Of a stretch of DNA of 64,000 bases, positions 26,591 through 40,486 are shown piece by piece; position 1 is the stretch's first letter, and each line of letters opens with the position of its first letter. The stretch lies in assembly GCF_001194135.2 (NCBI RefSeq), contig NC_068988.1, positions 79,061,338 to 79,125,337 of the forward strand. Reading direction: 5' to 3'. This DNA is from Octopus bimaculoides. Lineage: Eukaryota. The translations under genes and the position numbers were made by a program. Below the pieces are notes generated by a model. That model had not been told where the DNA came from, ran no database searches, and saw nothing but the letters and a program-made list of their open reading frames with translations.

Positions 26591-27049
26591 CTTTTGCATC
26601 AAATTCTATGATAGCTAGATTATCTCCCTTGATTCATTACTGAGTTTCACTAAATAACTTTCTCCCTCAAAGTTTTGTTTATTTATCTATCATTCTACAT
26701 TTGCAGGCGTTCATTCATGAGTATGTTGACAACTGGCTTTAACAATGTCATTGCGTATAAGAACGCCTGTTATGTCGTCTGTATATTTGCATCATTATTT
26801 TCCTTAGCGGGTCTAACAGTGTGTGTGTGTATGTGTGTTTGTGCAAGCGCGAGCATGGGTGAGTGTGCGCGTATGTGTGTCCGGTTAGTTTGTGTAAATA
26901 ATGACCAACAACTAAACAAGTCAGTACAACTGAATACCGTGGGAACTGACGAGGATTCACAGGAAAACAGGTGAAATGTCACGAGGTGAACTGAATAAAA
27001 TATAAGATAAAAAAGGAACTTAAAGACAAAAAAGGTTAATTTTTAACAG

Positions 27050-27111
<62 letters not shown>

Positions 27112-27190
27112 GATGATGATGGTGGTGGTGGTCGTCGTTGTGGTGGTAGTGGTGGTGGTTGTGCTAGTGGTAGTGTTAGTAGTAGTCACT
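27050..27190. repeat. Compound (TAG)n/(TGG)n microsatellite
   Basis: Direct inspection. Confidence 0.9.
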
Positions 27191-27435
27191 TAGAGGAGTT
27201 GACTGGGAAATATACCGTCGTAAGCCACCCCATACAAATGACGAAAATAGAAAAACAGAATATCAATTTGCTGATACGGTGCAACAATTTTGGTATCTGT
27301 TTTCAAGCCAGGTGACCTCCCATATTACGTAACATACCGTCATCTTGTCGTTTGCTTCAACAGCAACAGAGTTTGCTGAAGATTGATGCGTCAAAATCCT
27401 TCATACGAACGAGTAAAACAAAGCAGCTACTGGCA

Positions 27436-27467
<32 letters not shown>

Positions 27468-28675
27468 TCAGTCACAAAGATTATTTAAGTTGTGAATCTT
27501 TACACAAGATGCATATGATTATTATTTAATATAAGTGTGATATAATGCTGTCTAGGATATGTATAACAACAAAAACTTCCCAAATGTGAGAGCAGTATTC
27601 TGTTTTGGAATACACTAGAGCTTTGAAGGCTTATGGTAATTGTTGGAGATTGAAGTATGTTTTGGCTTTCAAAAAGGCATTTTGTGATGCACACTTTTAC
27701 AACTGGAGTTATGTAACCCATAGTCTTACTATTATTTACTATGTTGGAATTATATCGAGGGATAAATGTCATAAATAAGAAATTTCGATTATCATGCTAG
27801 TTTTAAACTGTAGAAAACAAAATTAATTTTAAAACATTAATACGATTATATGCATCAGGATGACAAGCTCAAATATTAATCAGTGTACCTAAAATGAACA
27901 GAATTGCATGCCCAATTAACGGTCCTAAAGCGACCAGTGTCACATTATAAAACATCAATTATCGTACCTAAATCAGCCGGGGTGACATGTTAAATCATCA
28001 ATTAGCGTAGACAAAGTGATGTTTCAAACATAAAACAGCTTACGTAAAGGATGATATGTTTAAGTATTAATTAGCATACCTAAAGGATTAATATTAATTA
28101 TTTTTTTCAGATTTTAATTAAACAGCGTGCTAAATTATTAAATGCGATTCCTCTCAGTTGATTGGTTTTAAAGTGCCTTTAAAATTTTCATTGAATCTTT
28201 CGGCACAAATCTAATATGAGTATGAAGGGATATGCATTCAGTTTAATTGAGCTGAGTAGAACATTAGTAGATATCCAATAGAGACTAAGTGAATAAATAC
28301 AGTCATCCCTAGTGGGACTAGAATACATGATGTGCAAGTTCAAATCTAAATACAGAAAGGCATGGGGATTACAAATTCCACTTTGGATATTGGCTTATTA
28401 TAAAAGTGTGCAATATTTAACAATGATGGTGAAGATTAATTTAACTTCCGCTTTACTCCAGACACTCCTTGCACATCATTAATAAACTTAACTGTGAAGC
28501 ATTACCTTATAGCCCTAACATTTTGGTTTAACTTCTTATTGTCTTTTCTACTCTTCCTTCTCAGCTTAATAAGCACGCATAATTAGTCTATTTAAATATG
28601 TCGCTGCAACTATTGCCATCATAACTACAATGTATGCCTGTTTGACGCTATTTTTATGCCCCTACCTATCAGTAA

Positions 28676-28678
28676 CAG

Positions 28679-28713
<35 letters not shown>

Positions 28714-28795
28714 TTACTACCACCACCACTACTACTGCTGCTGTTACTGCTACTGCTGCTGCTGCTGCTGCTGTTGCTGCTCTTTCTCCTGCTGC
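28676..28795. repeat. Compound (CTA)n/(CTG)n microsatellite
   Basis: Direct inspection; source of the poly-L/T/A ORFs. Confidence 0.9.
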
Positions 28796-31079
28796 AACCT
28801 CTTACCCTTACTTCCAAACTGTATTTTCTCTTTTGTTAGAAAGTGAGGGGAAATTGCACGGATCATAGACATGGGGAAATGGGCAGCGATCTAGGGTGTT
28901 AATCTTCGGTGCTTCTGTGGATTAAATGCTGTGTGAAACTGAAGTGAGAAGAGACTTTTGTTTTACTTCGTTACAAATTCTAAGTTAATTTCATTTGATT
29001 GTTCAATTTTGTAAGAGACAACATTTTGTTTTGTTCCGCTCTTTGCTGTATATATTTGCATTTTTACTATTTATTTTTCACTTATTTATTCATTTATTCT
29101 TTAGTTGTCAGCTTAGAATGAAACGTGTTTTGATGGAGCGTGCCCGGTGTTATTTCTTTAAGATAATCCTTGTTCAGGCACGAGCAGCTGTCCACTTACA
29201 TATTAATCCTGTTTAAAAAGAGTCACGACTGGATTTTTGAGAGTATTTATAAAACTCAGAGAAAGATTCTTGAGTGAGTGACAAGTGATTGTCATATAAT
29301 CAGATACATTGATCAAATATATAGTTAGTATACTTTCTTTCTTCCTAATGATGAAAAAAGACTCTAAAATAAGACTTGGATGCCACACACATCATAGAGT
29401 TGCTATTACTGTTGACCTCAAACCTTTAGGAACGTAAGTTCAAATGCAGTAACAGGGATATAGTATATTCACTGTTAAGTCCAGGCAGCTGTTTAACTTT
29501 CTTTGTCAAGAGGTGCTTGTTATCGAGTTCTGTATTTTTAGGATAATAAAGAAGATAAATATTATGAGTTACATGTCCTAGAGCTGTCACTGGAAGCAAC
29601 TAAAGAACAGTTAAAGCAGTTCTAGAAGAAAATAGTTTTCACTCGAACATTAGCATACATTTCTCTCCTCTATATGTGTGTGCGCGCACTTGTGTGTGTA
29701 TGCGTGTCTGTGTGTGTGTGCGAGCAACGTGACAGGGCATGTGCATGCGCGAGCGTGCGTGTGTGAGTGTGTGTTTATGTATGTGAGTGTATGCCATACA
29801 GACTTAAGCAAGTTTCCATTTTGTTGCCATTTCACTTAACTGACGTCGCTAGTGCCCTGGAGAAAGGCATAAATATAAAGTCTTATCTACGCCACTTCAT
29901 GTTGTAAGTATGGAATTTAATGAGTTTGTAGAAAATCAATGACGGAACAATATCGAAGAATGTTTACACAACACCTTACAACAGTTATTTCGTTTTATAT
30001 TAATAGAATCGACTTGCGTGGTTAGCCAGATTTATATTCAAGTATGACGAAAGAAAAAATATGACACGTATAACAGTTTTATGAGACAAGTAATAATCAT
30101 AATGTAATATTATATGAATATGCGCAATGTTTGAGAGCTCAATCATATCAAAAAGGAATTAGATTTATTAGTTAAGGAATTTGTTGATTATGCAAGCTCA
30201 TATTACTCGCTTTATTAGTACATACGATAGCGATTTGTGATAAATCGTTTCACGGGTTACACCGTGCTCAATACTTGAGTAACATTTTATCTCCAGATAC
30301 AGATTTCTTTAGATTAGAAACACGAACCCAACATTTGTAAGGAAAGATGTTCAATTAAATTGACTATAAGATAGAAATAATATTTATTTTACTAACATTG
30401 CAGAAAAGATAGTCAAAGTCGACCCCGCAACTGTATTTGAAACCAAACGAAACAAAATATTATGAAATATCCAAGTTAGTCTCTGCCTACTCTCCACCAT
30501 TTTAAGGCAAATAAATATTGAACCTATTTCCTTCAAAGATAAATGGCAAAGTGTCTGAACTGAAATAACAGTTCTATAATTTCCGTTGTTGTGACCGTAT
30601 AATTATGATTATATGTCGGCCTGTTGGTAAAGTCAGTAACGTTATAAAGAATATTTAGAATATGGTAACAATAAAAGTCTTTCAAAATTGATTGTTTGAT
30701 ATTGAGTTATGACATGATATTGTTCTGAATGGTAGCATAAGTAGAACTGCAGTATTCTAATAAGTGTGATCTAAATGACCAAACGGATAAGCAGAGTTTT
30801 GGATTCAGAGATGATCACTAACTTAACATCTATCCCAAGATTTTTGCTTTGTATCTGTATGAAACAATTAGTTTTGCTTGTTGGCAATAATTACCAGATC
30901 TGATAGCAATATTACTGACAATAAACTCATACTAAATGAATTAGCGTAACGTCATTAAATTTAAGAAATTCTTACGAGCCTCTCTCTAATAGGAAAAGTT
31001 AGTAACATTACAATAAGGCTAATGTTTTAAGTCTTGATTTCAATTCTTTCAATGAATTATTGAATACTTTTGCCAACAC

Positions 31080-31620
31080 TTTGTCCTAATGAAATAACGT
31101 CTTTGTAAAAATGTGTGGAACTTTATCATTTCCTGGCGTTTCTTTACCTACTCATTCTGTGTAGCTCTGAACTCTTGTGTTGCTCTTGCTCTCCACGATT
31201 GTGAAAGTGCCATTTTTGTTGCTTTCAACATTTATGTCCGTCGTGATCCTTTCGTTGTCAATAGTCCTCCCAAGAATTCTTTTGCATATTATGCTGATTT
31301 CTTATTTCTATTCAGTGCTTGATTAACAATTTATGGTAAAGTGGAACTGCTTGTTTCGGTGAAGCAATCATTATCGCTTTTCACTCTTTAAAGTCTTTGC
31401 AAGTTATGCATCCTTCATTTTTCGTTATAGTTTTGTAATATTTGTCAGTTGACTTTATTCCTGCATTTTCCTTATTGAATGAAAGATTCTTTTCATCAGT
31501 ATGTTTGTTTTCTTCGTTGTTTGCCTCAGTTTAATCGTTCTTCTTTGAGTAGTTTCGAGGGAGAACCCACCTTTCCTTTGTAACTACTGCGGCTGCTGTA
31601 TAAATTAACACATTCTGAAA
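31080..31620 (-). mobile_element. Decayed R4/Dong-type LINE, N-terminal/pre-RT region
   Basis: Minus strand NVLIYTAAAVVTKE and VGKETPGNDKVPHIFTK (compare WKAPGLDKIPNFW). Confidence 0.55.
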
Positions 31621-31714
31621 ATACTGATGTTCCCATCCATTTCTATCAAGTCTGTGAACACTAAGTTTGCAGCTTACACACACACACACACACACACGCA
31701 CGCACACACACACA

Positions 31715-31758
<44 letters not shown>

Positions 31759-33119
31759 NNNNNNNNNNACACTCACACACAAATAATTCTGGCCATATCG
31801 TGGTAAACTCATGCGTTTTTCGAGAGAAAGATTTATCACAAATTTGGAAATTTTAAATGTTCTACTTTTAATATATTATTATATTCAAAATTTCCACCCA
31901 AAGGAATGTTCAATTCTCAAATATTTCTGATATTCACATGTATTCATATTTTTGTTTGTATAGTTCTAGTTTTTGTTTCATTGATCGGTATTCTATAAGT
32001 AGTTTTAGAGTATATTTTGTTTGCTTTACAATGTTAGTTATATTTCCACGACTTATGTTCTCACTATATATTACCTTAACGATTTTATTCTGATTATTTG
32101 CATGTTTGTTTCAGCTATTTTGTGTCTGATATATTTTTGGTTTTGAGAACGTATCTTCTTAAATTATTTAATTGAGATCTAAGTTGCTTTTTGATCCAGT
32201 TTATTTTCTCTCTACGTGTAATTTCCGGTAATCCCATTCGGAAGTTTGAGTGTATTCTTTAAACTAATTTTCTTTTATTTGCATCAAACGAAAAACAATG
32301 ATTGAAATTTATCTATATTTTTACCAGTTTATTGTCTTACTTGGTTGCGCTTTTCCTTTTTAACTTAGAAACAAATGATATGGCTTTCATTCGTGCTGTT
32401 CGACATTTGGGGATTTGGAGCGAATAAATATGCCTGATGCTGATTTAACCTGTACTCTATTAGTGTGTGGCTAATTGGCGGCAATTGATCGCAAAAACAA
32501 TGTACTAATTATACAAAATCCTTCAACATGTATTCGGTTTTCCTCGTTGTTATTTATCGTTGTTAATGATAATTTTTTTTTTTTTTACTTTTCAATTGTC
32601 TTCCGTTACCCAGCTGAGCGCAACTTTGTTGGTTTGGGTATGTTTAGTGTTCTGCTTTATTTCTGTATTTTGCATAGTTTAAAAGTGTTACGGAAAATGT
32701 ATGCAATGTCTAGCGAAGCTGCTTACGGTTAGTTATGTATATTTCCAGATTCTCGGTTATTGGTGATCTACTTATCAAGTTTTTTTTCAATTGTTCTCAA
32801 GACACTTATTAAAGGCGCCGCTTCTTTTCGCTCCTCACGTTTCTGGTTAGTTTTATTTCATGATCTTTATATTTATAATGGTGATACATTATCATTTGTT
32901 GGGGCTGACGCTTCGTTTTCTTGCAGTTGTCGATAACAATATCCGACAAGTTAGACTTATCACTCTGCGTAAACAAACTGAATATCCAAGCCTATAGTCA
33001 TTGTAATTTCCTGAAATATATTTTTTTGTCGTTTATACAGTTCATTTTCTATTTGCCCTTCATTGTACTGATATAATTTACAGTGTGAGAATGTTTCTCT
33101 CCCTCCGCCACGCTTTTAT

Positions 33120-33719
33120 GCCTGTAGATGTTTTATATCTTACATAAAACTGGAGAATCAGCGGTAGTATGGTTAATTCCTTCCAAGCTTCGAATACTCT
33201 GTAGTTACTTAATTTCTTCTTCAATCGGCCGCAACTGAGATGTATTTCGCAACGGCACTCTAGGACTCTCTGTTCCTCATTATTTTGGTGACTATTTGTT
33301 CCTTCCAGTAAATTTGCACAGAAATTTTATATTCTGTAGTTTTTTTTTCCTTTTTACAAAAGTATTTGTGCACTAAGTGTATAATTATCATTATACTAAT
33401 TTAGGTAACTATCCAATTATGCACAGATTAATTTCTTGCGGTCACCTTAATTTGTATTGTATGCTAATTGTAAAACGTATGCATGCCAATACACGTATAG
33501 CTTAGAGGGAACCATAGCCTGTAGATGTTTTATATCTTACATAAAACTGGAGAATCAGCGGTAGTATGGTTAATTCCTTCCAAGCTTCGAATACTCTGTA
33601 GTTACTTAATTTCTTCTTCAATCGGCCGCAACTGAGATGTATTTCGCAACGGCACTCTAGGACTCTCTGTTCCTCATTATTTTGGTGACTATTTGTTCCT
33701 TCCAGTAAATTTGCACAGA
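33120..33719 (+). repeat. Identical 203-bp direct repeat (33120-33322 and 33517-33719)
   Basis: Base-by-base comparison found no mismatch; 194-bp unique spacer. Confidence 0.95.
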
Positions 33720-34404
33720 TAGTAAAATTTGTTTTCAAATCATTAATTAATATCATAACCTCCTCTGAAGGTGAAAACTGATATGGAGTTTACTTTTTTA
33801 TGAGAACAAACCGACCAATAATGAGTTATGGATTCTTTATTAATAAGAATACGAAGTTTTTAAAAGGAGTTATATGTGAGGTATTAAGGCGCTGTTTGTT
33901 GTTAATTTGATTAACTTGAAGGCTAACAATTTCAGTTGAGACTTTACGGTTATCATTATTCCGTGACATATATTTACGAAAACCTTAAAGAATTTACATA
34001 ATTTTTGTTAGGCTGTTTCTTGTTTCACTAGGGCATCATTATTAAAACTGAAAGTAAAATGTTGAACTAATACATTTGTCTACCTGCATCGAAAACAATA
34101 AATACCTTATAATCAGAGCACAACACAAAACAACACAATTGTACGTACTATAGAAGTCGGGAATTCTAAATACATTGTAAAGTATTAACAAGTCGTCTAA
34201 GTTGGGCAATAGGTAAGGGTCTAAGTTGATTTACAAAAGCTTATGATGATAGTTAGCTCCTGCTGTTACTGTTTATGACATGTACTTGTGCATGGCAAGG
34301 CGAGTCACTTGGCTCAAAAATTTCTTCTTTGAGTACATTCTTCACTTTCGATCGCGTAAATATTGCATCAGCTGATTTTAAATATACAATGTTTCGTAAA
34401 CGGT

Positions 34405-34680
34405 AAAGACCCCCACCCTCGGTCATGAATAACCATGGAATTGCACCTGGAAAGTTCCCAAGACACAAGTCCTGGCAGATTTGTTTATGGCAGACCAGCA
34501 GTCTTCCAAGTATACCAGCTTCCCCTCTCCACGCCACTGATGTTATCCAAGAGAAAGGCAAAGGCCGAAATAGCTTGGGACCAGGGATTTCGTGACTCAT
34601 TTCTACAGCTGAGTGGATTAGATAAAAGTGCAATAAAGTGTTTTGCCCAAGAACACAATACACAGCCTGAATTGCAGGTT
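34405..34680 (-). mobile_element. CORE-type SINE (family C)
   Basis: Minus strand tgtgttcttgggcaaaacacttta...ccactcagctgtagaaatgag resembles the CORE domain. Confidence 0.6.
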
Positions 34681-35984
34681 TAATATCTGAAGATAAATAA
34701 GTAAAAATCTGGAAGGAAAAGATTATAGCGGACCTGACAGCAAAAGTCCAAATTTGGTTGGAAGGCACTGAATTCTACATCTACAGAGAAATATTTTCTC
34801 AAAATATGACTCCTAAAAATACGAGTGAGCAGCAATGTAAGGAAACGTATTTGGTTATGTAGGTGGTCTTTTAACTCCAAATTTAGTTCGGGATATTTCT
34901 TCACTGGTAGAGTAAATTCTACTGAAGCCACCATATTACACCCTTAAAATTTTAGTCGGCAAACTTAAGAAAAGTACAGTTGATTCAGACTAAATATTTT
35001 CTGGACTATCTGAGTCAACGAAGCACTTTTAGAGAATTTCTGCGAGCGGCTAAACCAATGATAAAGTATTATTCTTTTTTCTTACGGAGAAAATATTCAA
35101 GCAAATGTCACGTAGAATGAGGATCTACAAACCTTTGAAGAGCGTCACTGTTTCTCCCGCTTGAAGAAAGTTATATAGCTGAAAACTGCAGCGGAAATAA
35201 AATCATTGGCAAGGCGAGGCTACACACGTGTAGCATTTCAACTGAGGGGTGCGATTTATGGCTGAAATCAAGATTGTGTCTTTGTTTTCTACAATAGAGA
35301 CAGAGGAGATTTGAGTAATGAATGAAACGAATGTTTTCTCTGTATATGTCTGTCGTAATGCTTTTGCAGTTACAGTCTCAGCTGACTTATTGGAGAGATT
35401 TTTTACAGTTAGCAACAAACTTCGTGGTCAATCGTTTGCGAATGAGAAGTTTGCGTTGCCATATGACTTTATTTAGTAGCCCAATGGAAACCTTATTTTA
35501 GCCTAATAACGACATTATCGTAAATAATTCTCAAATGTTCTGTGCTTGCTAAGAGTTACAGGTACTTCATCCAAACTAATCTTATAACAATTTTGTGTAG
35601 TAGACAGCAGTTGCTAAATATTGTGGGTATTCGAGCATTTTTGTTATTATTGGAACATTTTTGTATGACAGCGTAAAAATATCACAGTTATTCTACCTTG
35701 TGAGATGAAACTTTGCCAAGATAACTTTTCCTGTAATAGCAACGATTGCGTCGACTGCTTTTCTTCTTTGAAACTGTAAGACCTAGAGTCACAGTAGAAA
35801 ATTGTTGTTATTATTATTATTATTATTATTAGTAGTAGTAGTAGTAGTAGTAGTAGTAATAATAATAATAAAAGAAATGAACATGAAAAATGAAACGGCA
35901 TGAAAAAATGTACGGTCAGTTTGCAAGAGATGTAGACACAAAAACACATGGTTGTGGATGAGGAGGAGTAACCAGAATAATCCT

Positions 35985-36090
35985 TTCTTCTATAGGCCTG
36001 AATTTCGGAGGAGGAGGACTAGTCGATTACATCGACCCCAGTGCTAAACTGGTATTTTATTTTGTCGATCGTGAGAAGATGAAAGGCAAA
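35985..36090 (-). mobile_element. SINE family B, 3' half
   Basis: gtcgattacatcgaccccagtgctaaactggta...gatgaaaggcaaagtcgac. Confidence 0.8.
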
Positions 36091-36127
36091 GTCGACTATG
36101 ACTCGTGTTGTTGTTGTTGTTGTTGTT

Positions 36128-36330
36128 GTTACCTCAGCATTAGCGAAGGAGGAGGTATTGTTTTACGTCGTGTTTGTTTGTCCGTAGACAAGATACCTCA
36201 AGAACTGCTGAATGGATTCTTATGAAACTTTCAGGGATGTTTGGCCTCGTGAGTGGCACGAACTGATTAGATTTTGGGATCGAATCGGTACCGGACAAGG
36301 ATTTTAGATTATTTTTTTAATATTTTCTTT
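36128..36330 (+). mobile_element. Possible Helentron-associated (HINE/DINE-like) non-autonomous element end
   Basis: ttacctc...aaggaggaggtattgtttt...gtttgtttgtccg...tggattcttatgaaactt...ttagattttggg resembles recalled HINE 5' ends; the other end is not visible (gap). Confidence 0.45.
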
Positions 36331-36357
36331 ACATGTATATGTAAAGTTTCTCATAGT

Positions 36358-36407
<50 letters not shown>

Positions 36408-37216
36408 NNNNNNNNNNNNNNNNNNNNNNNNNNNNNNNNNNNNNNNNNNNNNNNNNNNNNNNNNNNNNNNNNNNNNNNNNNNNNNNNNNNNNNNNNNNNN
36501 NNNNNNNNNNNNNNNNNNNNNNNNNNNNNNNNNNNNNNNNNNNNNNNNNNNNNNNNNNNNNNNNNNNNNNNNNNNNNNNNNNNNNNNNNNNNNNNNNNNN
36601 NNNNNNNNNNNNNNNNNNNNNNNNNNNNNNNNNNNNNNNNNNNNNNNNNNNNNNNNNNNNNNNNNNNNNNNNNNNNNNNNNNNNNNNNNNNNNNNNNNNN
36701 NNNNNNNNNNNNNNNNNTCTGACCCGCTAGAAAGAGCAGCAAAAGACTACATACCACAAAAATAGGGATAATTTCCAAAGGGAATGAAAAATAAAAACAT
36801 TTACCAATCTATATTCCGTACCATGGTTTCAAGTCAATTTAGTAAGAAAAAAATATATCTTACAATGGTCGGACTATCATCGGCAGAATGACCAGACAAC
36901 ATATGAAACACGAGTCATAGGGAGCATGGCTTATGTTCATATGTTTAATTTTCCAAATTTACCGCGTATTTGCGGTTTACCTAATCGGCAGCAAATACAA
37001 AAAATGCCGATTTTCTTTCAGAAATTAGCCACCCTTTCTTCTGGACAAGTACAGTGTATCGGTGTCACTCTTAGGATGGGAAGGCTCTGTGTATTTTCAA
37101 CATGCTTGTGGTCTTGATATGCATCATCATCATCTCTCTCTTTATCGAACCGGCAGAAATGTTTGGTGGCATTTTTTCCGGCTCTCTACGTTATTATTAT
37201 TATTACTATTATTATT

Positions 37217-37441
37217 AAGGCGGCGAGCTAGCAGAAACGTTAGGACACCGGGCGGAATGCTTAGCGGTATTCCGTCTGTCTTTACGTTCTGAGTTCAATT
37301 TCCGCCGAGGTCGATTTTGCGTTTCATACTTTCGGGGTCGACAAATTAAGTACCAGTTGCGTACCGAGGTCGAACTAATCGACTGGCCCTCTCCCCAAAA
37401 ATTTCAGGCCTTGCGCTTCGAGTAGAAAGGATTATTATTAT
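37217..37441 (+). mobile_element. Full-length SINE family B between (TTA)n runs
   Basis: Head aaggcggcgagctagcagaaacg, B box gagttcaatttcc, tail attattatta. Confidence 0.92.
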
Positions 37442-39990
37442 CAAGTAGTCTAATTTTTTTATCTCGTACTTTCACTGCACTACTAAGCACTGCTCAGTGT
37501 GCCCTGGGTAAGTGCTGTGGTTTGTTGTGGTGCTCATATTTTCACTATATTGAAAGTGTTTTACGTACGATGTGTGTGGTGCCTAGTGGTGCTATTTTCT
37601 GTATCTTATATATACTTGTAAATCCTGGTGTTTTTGTTATGTATTTATCTGAATGTTTTTTTTTTAATACCTAATGGGGAAACTATAATACTAATTGTTT
37701 CTGTTTTTAGGCTCCACTTTCCAGTCACCTCTATTTCCAGATCTCTGTATTTTGAAAGTTTCCCTGTTTCTTTTGGAGAAATATTGTCATCTGTTCGAAC
37801 TGATACATCGATTAGAAAGTATTTTTTCCTTAGTGATCTCTAAAATCTATATCCTACTTATTAGTCTTAACTTCTCTATCTGTGTGTATTGGCATATCCC
37901 AGAGTATGGTTGCTTTCTCAATTTCTGTGACCTTTTCCGTCGTGTGCCTATACCATCTTTTTCTGATGTTATTCCATAGTGTTGGCATAGCTTCAAGTGT
38001 ATATAAGTCCCAACTCTGTCGTGTCTGTAAATATATTCCTCCTTAACCGGTTTGGGCGGTCAGAGACAATATGATTTATTGCTTCTTCTCCATCACCACA
38101 TATTCTGCAGTTACTTGTATTTCTTTTTTTGGTGATGTCTGGTGGGAAAGCTTTGATCACGAAGGGGCTTTTCTTGCTATCGTTTTATCATGATCCGTTG
38201 CTGTTCCAGTTTTAGTTTGGATTTCAGTTGTTTTACAACTTCTGTTGTTTCTTCTTTGTTTTTTTTTTTCATTGTTGTTAGTTACTATGACTTCTTTTTT
38301 GTATTTGTCATCTTCTTTAAAGATTAAAAACAGTTTTTGTTTTATTTGTGTTTTATGGCTATTTATATTAGTTTTCTTTGCTTCTACTGTAAGCTTTTCT
38401 GTAGTCCTATGGTGGTTACTTTGTAATAGTTTTCTAGCTGTTTAAGGTCCCTATCACCTTCGATACGTTGTATATATAACCTTTCTATGTCAGATTTTGG
38501 GTGACCTAAATCCGGTCATTATTTTTCTTGTTTTCCTGTCTATTTTGTAGCTGTAACTTATAACTGGGACGGCTAGAGTGTTAACTATTAACTTGTTTTT
38601 CCGAATTGAGTTCTGTATTAATCTAACTCGTCTATAGCATTCTTTTCTTATCTTCTATTTCATTTGTGTGTGTTGTATTGTATCTAGTTCATTGATTCCT
38701 AAGTATTTGTATGTCTGGTTTGGTCTAAATCTCTTATTTCATTTGCTTTCTCTAGTGTGATGTTGCTACTTTTAATTGGTCTTCTTCGTTTCAAGGCTAC
38801 TATGGCACATTTTTCTAAGCTAAATTTTATGTTTATTTCTTTGGTAAATCCATGTACTGCCTGTAGTGATGTTTCTAGCTGTTTATCATTTGTAGCGTAC
38901 AGTTTTAGATCATCCATATAGAAAAGGTAGCTGATTGTTTTGCCGTAGCAGTTATATCCACATCCAGTTCTGTTTAGCATGTCAGATAAAGGTGTCAGTG
39001 CCAAACAGAAAAGGAGTGGAGAGAGCATGACTCTCTGGAATATTCTTCTTCTAATGGTGGTGGCTTTGGTTTTTATGAGTCCCTCTTTTGTCTGGAGCTG
39101 TAGCACTGTCTGCCATTTATTCATGGAATGTTTTATATACTTTATGATTATTGGTGCTACCCTGTTCATTGCTAGTGATTCTAGGATCCATGTGTGGGGA
39201 ATACTATCAAAATCATTTCGGTAATCGATCCAAGCCCTACATAGCTACAGTAACTGATCTTTACAGCCGTATGAGCCCTTGCAGCAACATTTCTGCTCTT
39301 TTGAAAACAGGTTGTTTTCTTTCATATGTTTGCACATTCTCTGCGATATTATTGCAGTAAAAGCTTTATAAATGGTAGAGAGACAAGTTTTGCGGGTTTA
39401 CCGTTTCAGTGGATTAGTTTTCCCTTCCGTGAGCCATTCAGGCATTGTTTCCAACTCTTCTAGTATTTCATTAACTTTCTCATCCAGATTTTTTATGTGT
39501 TCCTGTTAGGTATTTTAACCAGAAGTTGGGGATCTTGTCGAGCCCGGGTGCCTTCCAGTTGCTTAGTTTTTGCAGTGTCTGGATAACCTCTTCAGCTGTT
39601 ATAGGGTTCCAGAGTTGTTAATGTACTGTGTTCGTTGTTTTGATAGATCTTTTCTAAAGTTGTTCCTGTGCCGACCATATTTCTTCCCAAAATTCTTCCT
39701 CTTCTTCTGCTGTTAGTGCTGCATTGCTCTCTAATTTATTTTTGCCAAGTTCTCGGTAGAATCTTTTGGGGTTGGAGTTGAACTGTTTGTTTTGTTCAAA
39801 GAAACGTTGGCGTTTCTCATACCGGCAGTTTGTTTGTGCGTTGGCGAGGATATCTTGCTTTAGCTGTTCTTTTACCTCAGATATACCTTGTTCTGTAATT
39901 TTGTATTTACGTAGTATTTTTCTTCTTTTATTGTTGCTTTATAGTGTTGATTGTCTACCAATTTCATTGAAAATTAGGAGATCCTTGTCA
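37442..39990 (-). mobile_element. 5'-truncated R4/Dong-type LINE (RT, CCHC, restriction-like endonuclease, 3' UTR)
   Basis: KRFYRELGK, WKAPGLDKIPNFW, YMDDLKLYA (~38891-38920), CRICGDGEEAINHIV, ILWDMPIHTDRE, IQKIAPLGTTHIVRK; 3' end in taataataat. Confidence 0.93.
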
Positions 39991-40085
39991 CCGGGATATC
40001 CTACGTCGACTATCAAGCATGTTCTTTCATTTTTTTCACCACGACAGTATCCTGTTTCCGACGTCTGGTCAGGTGATCGCACTGA
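39990..40085 (-). mobile_element. Endonuclease-domain fragment of a different Dong-type family fused to the 5' end of the previous element
   Basis: IQCDHLTRRRKQDTVVV / ERTCLIVDVGYPGD resembles the REL motif DH...RPDIVVV...CLIVDIA.P.D. Confidence 0.6.
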
Positions 40086-40118
40086 ATCATCATTATCATC
40101 ATCTTCATCATCATCATG

Positions 40119-40160
<42 letters not shown>

Positions 40161-40485
40161 TTATGTTTGACTTTTGCTTTCCATCTGTACAAGTTGACTC
40201 CAAGTTTCACCAACAGACCTCAAGAGACAACAAGTTAGAAGTTCATGTTGGTGTTATGCCTAGGGTGCCATATATTTGGTTTTCTCCATAGTTTTGTTCT
40301 GGAGAATGTTTAAGAAACCATAAGAAAATTACGTGTTTGTTTTAAAATTTGAGATTATATAGACAGCATTTAACGTAGGATTTGGGCAGTTCCCATGAGC
40401 ACTATCTTTTGAATTTCCACCATTTTGGGGTTTTCTGGTATCTGAGCTAGGTAGCAATCAACCCTCTTTGCTATCATTCCTAGGG

Positions 40486-40486
<1 letters not shown>
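40161..40486 (-). mobile_element. 3' end of another Dong-type LINE flanked on both sides by (TAA)n
   Basis: ALGMIAKRVDCYLAQIPENPKMVEIQKIVLMGTAQILR then a UTR; (ATT)n at about 40118-40160 and 40487-40546. Confidence 0.8.

Noticed and set aside
33124-33717. TG...CA-bounded 197-bp repeats as the LTRs of a TRIM
   Set aside because: Identity extends past the TG/CA ends in both copies, outer flanks (atgcc / gatag) give no TSD, and no PBS or PPT was seen.
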